Below are positions 1 to 9,010 of a DNA stretch of 17,352 nucleotides, one piece after another. The notes beneath the pieces are model-generated. The model saw nothing but the letters and a program-made list of their open reading frames with translations. It had not been told where the DNA came from and searched no databases. The first letter of the stretch is position 1. Each line of letters begins with the position of its first letter. Source of the stretch: Chlamydiia bacterium (lineage in GTDB: Bacteria > Chlamydiota > Chlamydiia > Chlamydiales > RGXB01). A program made the translations under genes and the position numbers. The DNA is taken from positions 1 to 17,352 of the forward strand of contig JBEIFH010000021.1 in the NCBI GenBank assembly GCA_040382515.1. Direction: 5' to 3'.

Positions 1-159
1 AATACCCTATCAACTTCTAGGGCAAAAAGGAACCTTCCCTAGGGCGCTCCCCTCATAAGGCCTCTTTTTAAAAAAAGTACCATCCCTTCTCTTGTTTTAC
101 TTTAACACCTTGCACCAAATTTCCGGTTTTGTTTCTATCTGTATGGAGCGGGGAAGGGA

Positions 160-1014
160 ATGGAACGGTTTCATGAGTTGAATGCAGATGAGATGCAAGT
201 TCTCTTGCGAAAAGGGACCGAACGCCCCTACACAGGCGAGTATGAAAACAGCATTGAGAGCGGTGTGTATGTATGTAAACAATGCGATTCCCCCCTTTAC
301 CTTTCCCAAGATAAGTTCTCCTCCCATTGCGGATGGCCCGCTTTTGACGATGCTCTAGAGCTTGCGATCGAAAGAAAAACCGACCCGGATGGGAGGCGTA
401 CCGAAATTCTATGCAATAGATGTAAAGCACACCTGGGGCATGTTTTCTTGAATGAGGGATTTACCCCTAAAAATACACGGCACTGCGTGAACTCTATTTC
501 GTTACGCTTCATCCCCTTAAAAACTACCAACGGGTTGATGCGCGCCCTTTTTGCCGGAGGATGTTTCTGGGGTATGCAGTACTATTTCGATAAACTACCG
601 GGCGTTGTGAAAACAACGGTTGGCTACATGGGAGGGAAAGTCGTATTTCCTGCCTACGAGGAAGTTTGCTCAAGAAATACCGGGCACTACGAGGCGATCG
701 AGGTGACTTTTGATCCTCAGAAAACCGATTTTGAAACACTCTGCAAATTCTTTTTTGAAATTCACGACCCCACTCAAGAGGATGGGCAAGGGCCCGATAT
801 CGGCTCACAGTATAGATCCGCTATTTTCTACCTCTCCACACCCCAAAAAATGATGTCTTTAAGGCTGATGAAAGAGTTAACCGATAAAGGATTCCAAATC
901 AAAACAGACCTGTTCCCCGCAACAACTTTCTATCCTGCAGAGGAATACCACCAAAAGTATTACGAAAAAACTTCCAAAACCCCGTACTGCCATTTTAGGA
1001 CCAAACGATTTTAA
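160..1014 (+). CDS. msrBA: Bifunctional peptide-methionine sulfoxide reductase, MsrB-MsrA fusion (284 aa)
   Basis: N-terminal MsrB motifs: GTERPYTG, Zn ligands CKQC and CNRC, CGWPAF, HLGHVF, RHCVNS. C-terminal MsrA motifs: [38 protein letters not shown]. Purine-rich SD (GGGAAGGGA) lies directly before the ATG. Confidence 0.96.
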   Translation: MERFHELNADEMQVLLRKGTERPYTGEYENSIESGVYVCKQCDSPLYLSQDKFSSHCGWPAFDDALELAIERKTDPDGRRTEILCNRCKAHLGHVFLNEGFTPKNTRHCVNSISLRFIPLKTTNGLMRALFAGGCFWGMQYYFDKLPGVVKTTVGYMGGKVVFPAYEEVCSRNTGHYEAIEVTFDPQKTDFETLCKFFFEIHDPTQEDGQGPDIGSQYRSAIFYLSTPQKMMSLRLMKELTDKGFQIKTDLFPATTFYPAEEYHQKYYEKTSKTPYCHFRTKRF

Positions 1015-1085
1015 AAAGCATCGGTTTTAAAATCTTTTCAAACACCGGATCCTTTACAAATCCCCCAAACCTGTCGGTAAAAAAT

Positions 1086-2240
1086 TTACCAACCGCAAAC
1101 TTCGGCCCCTTTCCGTTTTAAATCCCCTATTACCTCCAACAATGTTTTTGGAGCATTCCAAAATTCAGGATTTTCTCTGATCGTTCTCGAGTAGATCTCT
1201 TTTAAATGCAGTTTATCAAACAAAATCAGAGCGGCTGTTTGATTATTTTTGAACCCATCAATTATGATTCGGAACATTTTATAGCTCTGTAACGAGGTAT
1301 CAATCGTATTTAACGGCGTGTCAATATCAACCATAATTTGAGAAAGAAGCCGTATTCTTTCCATCTTATTGGCAAATCTTCCCTGCACCACGCAAAATTC
1401 GGCTCTTGTGTCGATACTACCTTGATCAAATTGGGCTGTGAGACGAGTAAGGATCTGGTACATTTTGTCTAAATTTTCTGAAAAAGAAGAGGGAGGTTGA
1501 TGGACAAAGCCTACCAGATGATGGGCTAATTCTTTTTTTTCAGCCGGAATGTATGTTTCTCCCCTTTCCAGTATGCGTTGGAGTGCCGACGTATATTTTT
1601 CCAGATTGATCCCTGCCTCGCCATTGCTTACAAGTTTAGTCCCCATCCCCAGGACATCCAACGGCCCTTTTCGCAAAAGATCCTGCCTCGAATGTTTTGA
1701 TTCCAAAATCCCAAATGATTCCTCCATCCCGTAGTGCTGCATAACATTCCGGATATGCCAGTAGTCCCAATCTATTTTCCTTAGGTGCACACCGTCAGAT
1801 ACCATTTCCTGTATTTGTTGAATCGCATCTACAACTTCTTTTTGTTCTTCCAAAGAAATTTCGGTTTTTGCGATCAACTTGGGTTGATACGTATCTAAAA
1901 CGCGGTAACACTCAGGTAAAATTCCCTGCGCGACAATATGCTCAACGACTCTGATCTCGAAAAATCCCTTTTTGAAAAAACCGTCTATCTTCCGCTCATA
2001 TCTCTGTTTATCGGTTTCTTTAAGAACAATCGAACGGAAAATTTCGATGAATTTTTCTTTAGATTTTGTGATTTTTTTTTCAAGTGATCGGGGTAGCAAA
2101 TTTTGAAAGGCAATCGCCAGAAAACTCCCTAGAGCAATAGACATAAGGAGATATTCCAGACGATTTGGACCCTCTGCATGCAGACGGTAACCCTCAATAT
2201 TAAAATGACCACTTCCAACTTGAGAACTACCGATGCTCAT
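1086..2240 (-). CDS. Hypothetical protein (384 aa) with one N-terminal hydrophobic segment
   Basis: Long ORF with an AT-rich upstream region. Ser/Gly-rich N-terminus (MSIGSSQVGSG), then hydrophobic LLMSIALGSFLAIAF, then a charged, helical-looking body. No recognised motif. Confidence 0.8.
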   Translation of the reverse strand: MSIGSSQVGSGHFNIEGYRLHAEGPNRLEYLLMSIALGSFLAIAFQNLLPRSLEKKITKSKEKFIEIFRSIVLKETDKQRYERKIDGFFKKGFFEIRVVEHIVAQGILPECYRVLDTYQPKLIAKTEISLEEQKEVVDAIQQIQEMVSDGVHLRKIDWDYWHIRNVMQHYGMEESFGILESKHSRQDLLRKGPLDVLGMGTKLVSNGEAGINLEKYTSALQRILERGETYIPAEKKELAHHLVGFVHQPPSSFSENLDKMYQILTRLTAQFDQGSIDTRAEFCVVQGRFANKMERIRLLSQIMVDIDTPLNTIDTSLQSYKMFRIIIDGFKNNQTAALILFDKLHLKEIYSRTIRENPEFWNAPKTLLEVIGDLKRKGAEVCGW

Positions 2241-2399
2241 AAAAAACCTGTTTGCGTTTCAAATAAATATATAGATAGATTCTATTTAGAATTAGATTTC
2301 TTTAGAAAGAAAAAACAAAGAAGTGGTAAAAAACCGACCCTTAAATAACCTTAAGACCACTTTTAGAAAGGGTTTTTTAATAGTGCACTATTTTTAAGG

Positions 2400-3104
2400 T
2401 TAAAAAGGTTGAAGGGGAACTACCGGTTTTTCTTTCTCTACTAATTGTCCATCTTCCATTTCCAAGATTCTATCTGCGTAGGAAAATATCCTCGGATCGT
2501 GGGTCACAACGATGATCGACCTGTCTTTATTCAGCACCTTTTTTTTCAAAATCTCCATCACCATATCGCCTGTTTTGTGATCCAAATAGGCTGTTGGCTC
2601 ATCACAAACAATCAGTCTCGGTTCATGAATATACCCTCTGGCGATGGCAAGCCTTTGCTGCTGGCCCCCCGAAAGTTCTTTAGGACTTGTTTGCAGTTTG
2701 TCCGAAAGATCAAGCTCAATCAAAAGGGTTTTTGCCCTGGTTTCTGCTTCGACACTCTCTATACCGTTCAGTAATAGCGGTACAGCAACATTCTCCGTTG
2801 CAGTGAGCATGGGGATCAAATTGAAGGCCTGGAATACAAATCCGATATTTGTTTTTCGAAATTGAGTCTTCTCCTCTTCGTCCATAGCCCGATACTCCTT
2901 GCCGAATACATTGCATACCCCCTCTTCGTAGGGAAGAATGCCCGCTATGACAGAGATCAGAGTCGTTTTTCCGGAGCCGGAGGGGCCGACAATCAAAAGA
3001 AGTTCACCAGTATTGACAACCAGATCCACACCCTTTACGGCATGCACCGCGTTTGCACCTGAACCGTACGTTTTAAAGAGTTTTTCACAGCGGATCGCCT
3101 CCAT
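2400..3104 (-). CDS. ABC transporter ATP-binding subunit, LolD/MacB/DevA-like (234 aa)
   Basis: Walker A GPSGSGKT, Q-loop IGFVFQAFNL, signature LSGGQQQR, Walker B VCDEPT, H-loop VTHD. Start moved from 3155 to the ATG at 3104 (MEAIRC), which follows AAGGGGGAAAG and lies 13 nt after the permease stop. Confidence 0.95.
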   Translation of the reverse strand: MEAIRCEKLFKTYGSGANAVHAVKGVDLVVNTGELLLIVGPSGSGKTTLISVIAGILPYEEGVCNVFGKEYRAMDEEEKTQFRKTNIGFVFQAFNLIPMLTATENVAVPLLLNGIESVEAETRAKTLLIELDLSDKLQTSPKELSGGQQQRLAIARGYIHEPRLIVCDEPTAYLDHKTGDMVMEILKKKVLNKDRSIIVVTHDPRIFSYADRILEMEDGQLVEKEKPVVPLQPF

Positions 3105-3117
3105 CTTTCCCCCTTTT

Positions 3118-4269
3118 TTAACTTTTGAAAACGATGGAGGCGTCCATCTTTTCAATTTTTTTAAGCGATAGGAAAGAAGAGAGTGCCGATATCAGCCCCA
3201 CGGCCGTCATCGAAGCTAAAAAAAGCCACCATGTTAATACAAAAGAAAGCTCGCTGTTTTTGGACACAAATCCAAAAATGGAGGCGGCTCCGGTTCCGAT
3301 TCCCCATCCGATTCCCCCCACCCAAAAAGATTGGAGCAAAATCATTTTTCTGAGCATCGCTATGGGTGCTCCCATCGCTCGAAATGTAGCAAAATAGCAG
3401 AGATTATCGAGTGTAAAATTATAAAATGTTTGACCGGCAATCGCTGTGCCTATTATAAAACCTAGAAGGACCGATATTCCGAAATTGATAGGGATCCCTG
3501 TGTATTTGAGGTAATACGAGATCGTAAGCCAACGAAAATCTTCTCTGTCGAAAGCTTTGAGACCGGTCAGATTGGTGATCGATCTAGCTAAATCTTTCGG
3601 TTTGATCCCCTCTTTAGCTTTGACTAATATGAAAGAGAGGAGCTTTCTTTCGTTCGGAGCATAATTGAGCGCCCTGTTGTAGGTGGTATAGACTGTAGGC
3701 TGAGACTGGAACGTTCTTGCCGCCTTACAGATCCCCACAACCTTGGCCCTTTTATCGTTGATCTCAATAACATCGCCCTTAGCCAAAGGCTGGCTGCGCA
3801 CCGGAAAATCCAAAGAGAGTTTATCATTAGCACCCACGGTGTCAACGATAATAGCATCGGGATCCCTTAAAGAGATGATATCCCCCTCCAGCATGATGGG
3901 GGGGGCGCCTATCAAAGTGGCGCTATCGACACCGATCAGGTTGCAGTTTTGGAAATTGCCACTATTCAAACGGGCTTTTAAAATCCCTTTGTAAAGAGGG
4001 ACCGCCCAAGCTACCCCATCAATCCCCCTGACCCGATACAGGCGTGTATCGCTCATTGGTTTAGTATCGTCAATAAATTGCACTTTATCATCCATGACCC
4101 AAACATCGGGTTGGGGTGTGTCGTAGATAAATCCTATCGTGCGCAACATCAGACCTACAAAAATAGAGGCCTGCTGCACAATAATAAATGAAGCGAAGGA
4201 GAGCCCGGTGACGATACCGACATATTTAGCCCTGTCGTTGATCAACATCTTCAAAGCGTACCGAAACAT
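3118..4269 (-). CDS. ABC transporter permease, FtsX/MacB/DevC family (383 aa)
   Basis: One N-terminal TM (YVGIVTGLSFASFIIV), a large periplasmic domain, then three C-terminal TMs with the FATFRAMGA coupling motif and a D-A-S-I-V-F C-terminus. ATG at 4269 preferred over GTG at 4275. Confidence 0.92.
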   Translation of the reverse strand: MFRYALKMLINDRAKYVGIVTGLSFASFIIVQQASIFVGLMLRTIGFIYDTPQPDVWVMDDKVQFIDDTKPMSDTRLYRVRGIDGVAWAVPLYKGILKARLNSGNFQNCNLIGVDSATLIGAPPIMLEGDIISLRDPDAIIVDTVGANDKLSLDFPVRSQPLAKGDVIEINDKRAKVVGICKAARTFQSQPTVYTTYNRALNYAPNERKLLSFILVKAKEGIKPKDLARSITNLTGLKAFDREDFRWLTISYYLKYTGIPINFGISVLLGFIIGTAIAGQTFYNFTLDNLCYFATFRAMGAPIAMLRKMILLQSFWVGGIGWGIGTGAASIFGFVSKNSELSFVLTWWLFLASMTAVGLISALSSFLSLKKIEKMDASIVFKS

Positions 4270-5660
4270 TCCCACTCTCCGCCCAAAGATTTGTATAAAG
4301 CTATTAAGCTTTCCGAAAGGACCTGGTTGGCCTCAATCCACTCATACTCCACATTCAAGTAGTTCCACTCCTGGTTCAAAGCCTCCAATAAAGGGCTCAA
4401 CCCGGCATTAAAACGGCTTAAAGCGAGCGCCTGATTCTCCAAAAAATCTTTGTACTCCAACTCTAATGTGGCGATACGCCCCTGTTGTTGCATGTAGGTG
4501 AACAGATTATTCTCCACCTCTTCGAGGGCCTTGAGGACAACAGCTTGATAAGCGTAAAAAACCTCTTTTTGTTCTGCGGCTCTAATTTGCACCTGAGCTT
4601 TTATGCGACCAAAATTGATCAACGGAAGTGTCACGCCAGGTGTGATGTCCCAGGAGCTACTTTCGGGACGGAACCACTTAAAAAAGCGGCTGGCCTCCCA
4701 CCCATACGAACCGCTCAGGGAAAAGGTGGGGAAAAAATCGGCCACTGCTGCAGCTGTCCGATGCGTTGCAGCAGCAAGCTGTCTTTCTCTTTTGCGGATG
4801 TCGGGCCGCCTTTGTAGAAGTTTTGACGGGATATTTAGAGGAACCAACCCCCGGGCCTTTAAAATATCCCCCTCCCCTTTGATTGTAAAAAATTCGGGTT
4901 GCTCCCCTGTGAGTACTGCCAACCTGTTCACCGCGTACTCCATCTGCATTAGCAAGGGGGGCACCTTTGCCTCCAAAGCGCGGATCTGGGCTCTTGTTGA
5001 GTAAAATAAATCCCAGGATTCCAGCCCCGATTTGGCTAAAGACCGATTGAGATCGTTGATGGTTTTTTTTACCTGAATTTGCCTCTTTAAATTTTCCCCT
5101 TTTTTTTCAAAGGCCCTGTAAAGGGTATAATTTCTCGCAACATCAGCTAGAACTGTAGCCAAAAGGGATATGTAGTCCTCTTTGGTGGCAATAAGATCGG
5201 CTTGGGCGGCAGCTTTTAGATTTCTTAATCTTCCAAAAAGATCAATTTCCCAATTCACGTCAAATCCCAATTGGAACAGATTTTGTACTCTTGGGCCTAG
5301 AAATGGTGAGTCGAAAAGATTTTGGCTGGTTGCGTACCGGCTGAAGGTCCCGTTGAAATCAAGACTTGGAAACAGGTTCGCTGTCTGGATATTATAGTAA
5401 GCGCGCACCTGGCGGATCCTTTCAAAGGCTTGCAACAGATCAAAATTATTTGCGAAGGCTTTTTCCACGAGCGTATCTAGATTGGGATCCTTGAACTGTT
5501 TCCACCAGGTGCATAAATCGACCATACCGGAGTCATTTGAGCCAATCTCACTGTCAACATTCTTGAAGTCGGTTGCGACCTCAGTTTTTGGCGGATGGTA
5601 TTTTGGCCCGACACTGCACCCGAAAACAATCAGAAAAAAAATTGCTCTACATCTTTGCAT
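4251..5660 (-). CDS. Outer-membrane efflux lipoprotein, TolC/NodT/OprM family (469 aa)
   Basis: Lipobox VFG-C followed by SVGPKY; WWKQFKDPNLDTLVEKAFANNFDL; WEIDLFG; PSKLLQRRPDI; LYKSLGGEW. ATG at 5660 gives a normal short signal peptide and a 14-nt overlap with the upstream gene. Confidence 0.94.
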   Translation of the reverse strand: MQRCRAIFFLIVFGCSVGPKYHPPKTEVATDFKNVDSEIGSNDSGMVDLCTWWKQFKDPNLDTLVEKAFANNFDLLQAFERIRQVRAYYNIQTANLFPSLDFNGTFSRYATSQNLFDSPFLGPRVQNLFQLGFDVNWEIDLFGRLRNLKAAAQADLIATKEDYISLLATVLADVARNYTLYRAFEKKGENLKRQIQVKKTINDLNRSLAKSGLESWDLFYSTRAQIRALEAKVPPLLMQMEYAVNRLAVLTGEQPEFFTIKGEGDILKARGLVPLNIPSKLLQRRPDIRKRERQLAAATHRTAAAVADFFPTFSLSGSYGWEASRFFKWFRPESSSWDITPGVTLPLINFGRIKAQVQIRAAEQKEVFYAYQAVVLKALEEVENNLFTYMQQQGRIATLELEYKDFLENQALALSRFNAGLSPLLEALNQEWNYLNVEYEWIEANQVLSESLIALYKSLGGEWECFGTL

Positions 5661-6570
5661 CAGGGTACCTAGTATCGGCAGAAATAGCCTGGATATAAAC
5701 ATCCATCACCTGCCCCATGTACACAAAAGGGGTATCGCAGTCAAAACTGTAAATCACCACAAGAACACGCGTATCCACCCTTTCTGAATTGTCCCCGGTT
5801 AACGATCTTTTTGGGATCATGAGAGGTTCGGTGCGCACCCATTTCAAGGGGTATTTCAACGAGCTGTTCCCCCTCACAAAAGCAACAGCACACGTATTGG
5901 ATTGAAATCGCCATGCATCGTCTTCGTCGATGCTTACTCGCAAATGAAAGGGGCATTTCGGACCGAATACAATCAGGCTCTCATTATTGAAAGGGTTTAG
6001 GTTGGCAGTTTCTCCCTTGTGAATGCTTTTTTGCAACACTTTACCATCGCAAGGGGCCTTCACAAACGACCGGTCGATATAGGTCTTAGCTGTCCGGATT
6101 TTCGCCTCCGCAGCCTCCAGAGCCACCTCTGCCGCCTGTTTTCTGTAAAAAGTTTGGTTGTAACTGTTTAGGCTGATTGCCCGCTTGTCGCTAAGAGAAT
6201 TGTAAAGGGATAGCTCGGTAGAAATATTTTGTAATTCGACCTCTGCCTTCTCTTTAGCAGCCATCGCCTCCACTAGTTGTGCATCAAAAGTGCGTGTGTC
6301 CAGGTGGAATAAAAGATCCCCTTTTTTTACCTCGTCCCCAACCTCTACAAATACGTCCCATATAATCTCATTGAAGGGGGTGCCGATGTAGATATCATCC
6401 GTGGAGGCCTCTACCACTCCGCTCCCGGCAATCGTGTGCTTGTACGGGGAGACGGAAGGGGGGAAAGGGATGGGTCTTAAAGGGGCTTTTTGAGCACCGA
6501 CTACCATCGCTACAATTGCCAACAAAACTCCCAAACCTGATGCAATCGGCAACCCGACACGTACAAACAT
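5647..6570 (-). CDS. Periplasmic adaptor / membrane fusion protein, HlyD/MacA/DevB family (307 aa)
   Basis: N-terminal TM anchor, then lipoyl half-motif VFVEVGDEVKKGDLLFHLD, alpha-hairpin, second half-motif VKAPCDGKVL, and ERVDTRVLVVIY near the C-terminus. First gene of the exporter operon. Confidence 0.93.
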   Translation of the reverse strand: MFVRVGLPIASGLGVLLAIVAMVVGAQKAPLRPIPFPPSVSPYKHTIAGSGVVEASTDDIYIGTPFNEIIWDVFVEVGDEVKKGDLLFHLDTRTFDAQLVEAMAAKEKAEVELQNISTELSLYNSLSDKRAISLNSYNQTFYRKQAAEVALEAAEAKIRTAKTYIDRSFVKAPCDGKVLQKSIHKGETANLNPFNNESLIVFGPKCPFHLRVSIDEDDAWRFQSNTCAVAFVRGNSSLKYPLKWVRTEPLMIPKRSLTGDNSERVDTRVLVVIYSFDCDTPFVYMGQVMDVYIQAISADTRYPDAKM

Positions 6571-6577
6571 ACCCCTT

Positions 6578-6606
6578 GCTCTATCTTTTTTTTAAAAAAA
6601 ACGCAA
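6578..6606 (-). promoter_or_regulatory. Possible weak sigma70-type promoter of the exporter operon
   Basis: Minus strand reads TTGCGT-N17-TAGAGC, then 7 nt, then the ATG at 6570. The -10 element lacks the conserved final T. Confidence 0.25.
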
Positions 6607-6772
6607 GAGATTGATATTCAGCTTTTAAAACTAAAAAAGCACCCGCTAATAAGTCCTTGAAAAACATTGCCTTTGGGACCAAATTTTCCATTTAGTAATC
6701 GATTTTTTAGCTCAGACGGGCTCCTTATAGGGCAAACCGGCTTTTTTAAGAGGTAAATGGGGACAATCTTGA

Positions 6773-6801
6773 TTGATAAAATTCATAAATTATTATATAA
6801 T
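6773..6801 (+). promoter_or_regulatory. Near-consensus sigma70/sigma66 promoter
   Basis: TTGATA (6773-6778), 17-nt spacer, TATAAT (6796-6801). An in-frame ATG at 6808 sits at the expected +1. Confidence 0.65.
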
Positions 6802-6807
6802 ATGCCA

Positions 6808-8625
6808 ATGATGCCGCAAAAAACCGTATTTTCCGAATTTCAAAGAGATTGCTTTGAGACCCAGTTCCGAGAACACCTTGAGAAAAAACGGGTGCGGCAG
6901 GATTGGCTCTATAAACTTATTTCAAGTGATACCGGGTCCCTTAGCCCCCACTTCCCTTTTAAGTATGATGAAAAAAAAGCGGCAGAAATTTCAAAATGGA
7001 TAGAACCTGAAAACAATAACAGACCTCAAGGGGGATTTATCAATCCCTCAAAACCAATTTTTCTCATTTCAATCCCCACATCAACACAGCCTAGACTCTA
7101 CTCCCGAAATGAAAAACCTCCCCTTATCCAAAAAATCGAAAACCAGACAGCGCTCATTTTCAAAGAGGGTTTTTGGGAATCAAAAAAATCCAATATGGAG
7201 GAGGCAACATCCAGGCTCTTTTTGACATTCGGGATGAATCAATTCAAGTCGATCGATCCAAGTTTAAACAACGCTTTTCGCAATCTTGTCGCCTCTTTTA
7301 AGGGCTTTGATGGTAAGCATGTGGCTGCAACAGGGTTTTTTTGGAAAATTCCATTTGCCTACAAATATAAAAAAAAGGCCCCCAGTCACCATGATAAGCC
7401 GAGACAGGCTTTCAAAATGGTAAAAATCCTTGATCCGCAAAGAGCTTCTCTTCTGCGTGCCGAGCTTGAGCTCGAAGACGGTACAAGATTGAAAAAATCG
7501 ATTCTTGAGAAGATCCCTTTTTGCAAAATACGACAAGCCTGCATGGACAGTCCGGCAACCCAAGAACTTGTCCAAAAAATCGAATCTTTAGCCCCCGATG
7601 CTATAAGCTATTTTCTGACTATGGATGATGATGCCGTATCGCTCAAAGCAAAAGAACAGGGGTACTTCACCATTTTAGACGCAATCATAGAGGATGAGAT
7701 CGCGAATTGCAATTTCCCCTCCTTGATTTCTTTGGGCTACAGTTTCGACCAAGAAGCCCAAAAACTCTCCAGAGTTGCAGCTCAAATCGATATGGCCGTC
7801 CGAGCGGCGATGCATAAAGCCTATCCCCTCTCTTGCTACATGCCGGAGCCCGGGGTCGCCTACTATAGCGGTTATGGGGTTGAGGAGCTAAAAGGTTTTT
7901 TAGAAAATGCCACATTCGTACCCAACGAGGGCTCCCTCTCGGCAAGTATGGAGTCGCGTAGAATGATCAAAAGTCTCTTAAACGAAGGGATCCTAGATCC
8001 AAAAACGGCTCTCTTTGAAAACAAAGAGGCGTTGATCACCTCCGAGCCGGAACGGATGAAAGTGGAAGCTATGAAATTTGTCCCGGAATATCCTGAAGAT
8101 CTAAAAAGTGTCCAAGGACTAAAACGGCTAAAAAAACTCTCGCAGAACCATTTCCAGAAAAGAAATTTTGTAAATAATCTCTACTTTGCCCTTCCCGAAA
8201 AATTCAAATCCTTCAAAGGGGCCTCAGGAGCAGCAGTGGGGCCTATATCTAAAGTTTTCGAGGTGTTCGATCCGATCCATCTTTTTAAAACCATTTTGAA
8301 AGAATTTCATTTTGATGAAAAAGAGGCTTTTGACACAGCTTTTGCCCTCTACCCCAGCTACATAAAATCGCTTTTAAGCCATGACGATTCCGATCTTTAC
8401 TCGAATAACAACTTAGGTCTCAACCCCGCTCAAGTAGAACAACTTTTTTCTATAGGAAAAGCCTCGTTAAAAAAAGCCCATGAGGCCTACACACTCTACG
8501 AACGTAATTTTAGTGTCCGGTGGACAAACCAAGACAGGGCCCGCGTCCAGGATGTCGTAGTAGCGGCTACTGGGGCCCTCTACGAGTCACTTCTAAAAAT
8601 TTCAAATGAAGAAACTTTTAATTAA
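6808..8625 (+). CDS. Hypothetical protein, candidate GT-A-fold (DxD) glycosyltransferase or effector (605 aa; 622 aa if started at 6757)
   Basis: Long open frame. Hydrophobic strand YFLTM is followed by DDD (7624-7632); also KIPFCKIR upstream and DMAVR...YMPEP (YMPEP at 7837-7851) downstream. Start is uncertain (6757, 6802, 6808 or 6811). The CDS is well supported; the function is inference. Confidence 0.75.
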   Translation: MMPQKTVFSEFQRDCFETQFREHLEKKRVRQDWLYKLISSDTGSLSPHFPFKYDEKKAAEISKWIEPENNNRPQGGFINPSKPIFLISIPTSTQPRLYSRNEKPPLIQKIENQTALIFKEGFWESKKSNMEEATSRLFLTFGMNQFKSIDPSLNNAFRNLVASFKGFDGKHVAATGFFWKIPFAYKYKKKAPSHHDKPRQAFKMVKILDPQRASLLRAELELEDGTRLKKSILEKIPFCKIRQACMDSPATQELVQKIESLAPDAISYFLTMDDDAVSLKAKEQGYFTILDAIIEDEIANCNFPSLISLGYSFDQEAQKLSRVAAQIDMAVRAAMHKAYPLSCYMPEPGVAYYSGYGVEELKGFLENATFVPNEGSLSASMESRRMIKSLLNEGILDPKTALFENKEALITSEPERMKVEAMKFVPEYPEDLKSVQGLKRLKKLSQNHFQKRNFVNNLYFALPEKFKSFKGASGAAVGPISKVFEVFDPIHLFKTILKEFHFDEKEAFDTAFALYPSYIKSLLSHDDSDLYSNNNLGLNPAQVEQLFSIGKASLKKAHEAYTLYERNFSVRWTNQDRARVQDVVVAATGALYESLLKISNEETFN

Positions 8626-8682
8626 TCAATAATAATGATTTAATTATTCATAAGTTTTAAAAAAAATATATTTATAAAATTT

Positions 8683-9000
8683 ATGTGCATCTCTCAATTT
8701 CAAATCATTAGAAATTCGATAGCCGGAACCCTGGAACAGCTCCCTTTTAAACCCTCAGATTTAAGCAAAGAGATGGTCCGTTCCGTTTACAGGGAAAAAG
8801 AGGAGCTCCTCCTTGTTTGCGCTAGCGCCGGATTTTGTTTAGAAGCGACTAGAGTATTTAGCATGCCCCCGAAGGCTGCATCTATACTAAAGGTGACAGC
8901 TTTGAGCATGGTAGTCTTTAAGTTTTGTTCCTACATTTCAGAGGTCAATACTTTTGTTAATTACGCCAACAACGAACTCTTTTTAAAACCCAAATTTTAG
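8683..9000 (+). CDS. Small hydrophobic hypothetical protein (105 aa), paralog of 9011-9307
   Basis: ATG-started ORF with two moderately hydrophobic segments. Aligns without gaps to the next ORF. Confidence 0.8.
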   Translation: MCISQFQIIRNSIAGTLEQLPFKPSDLSKEMVRSVYREKEELLLVCASAGFCLEATRVFSMPPKAASILKVTALSMVVFKFCSYISEVNTFVNYANNELFLKPKF

Positions 9001-9010
9001 TAAGACAATT

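Noticed and set aside
1..58. Possible 3' end of an upstream + strand gene (frame 2, IPYQLLGQKGTFPRALPS-stop)
   Set aside because: Too short to distinguish from a chance open frame.
68..808. Minus-strand ORFs 68-430, 97-327, 297-530 and 524-808
   Set aside because: Antisense shadows of the well-supported msrBA gene, with no motifs.
2276..2307. Imperfect direct repeat TAGATTCTATTTAGAA / TAGATTTCTTTAGAA upstream of the 384-aa gene
   Set aside because: Only two degenerate copies in very AT-rich DNA; cannot be supported as an operator.
2379..2392. Perfect 14-bp palindrome AATAGTGCACTATT
   Set aside because: About one such palindrome is expected by chance in 17 kb. It has no loop or GC-rich stem for a terminator, and I saw no second copy.
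5661..5702. Longer N-terminus for the TolC-family protein (start at 5702)
   Set aside because: It would overlap the adaptor gene by 56 nt; ATG 5660 gives a normal lipoprotein signal peptide.
2445..5956. Numerous short ORFs overlapping the exporter operon
   Set aside because: Antisense or out-of-frame shadows of four strongly supported genes.
6586..6601. T8-A8 palindromic homopolymer as a phase-variation switch in a promoter spacer
   Set aside because: A/T runs of 7-9 nt are frequent throughout this window, and length variation cannot be seen in a single sequence.
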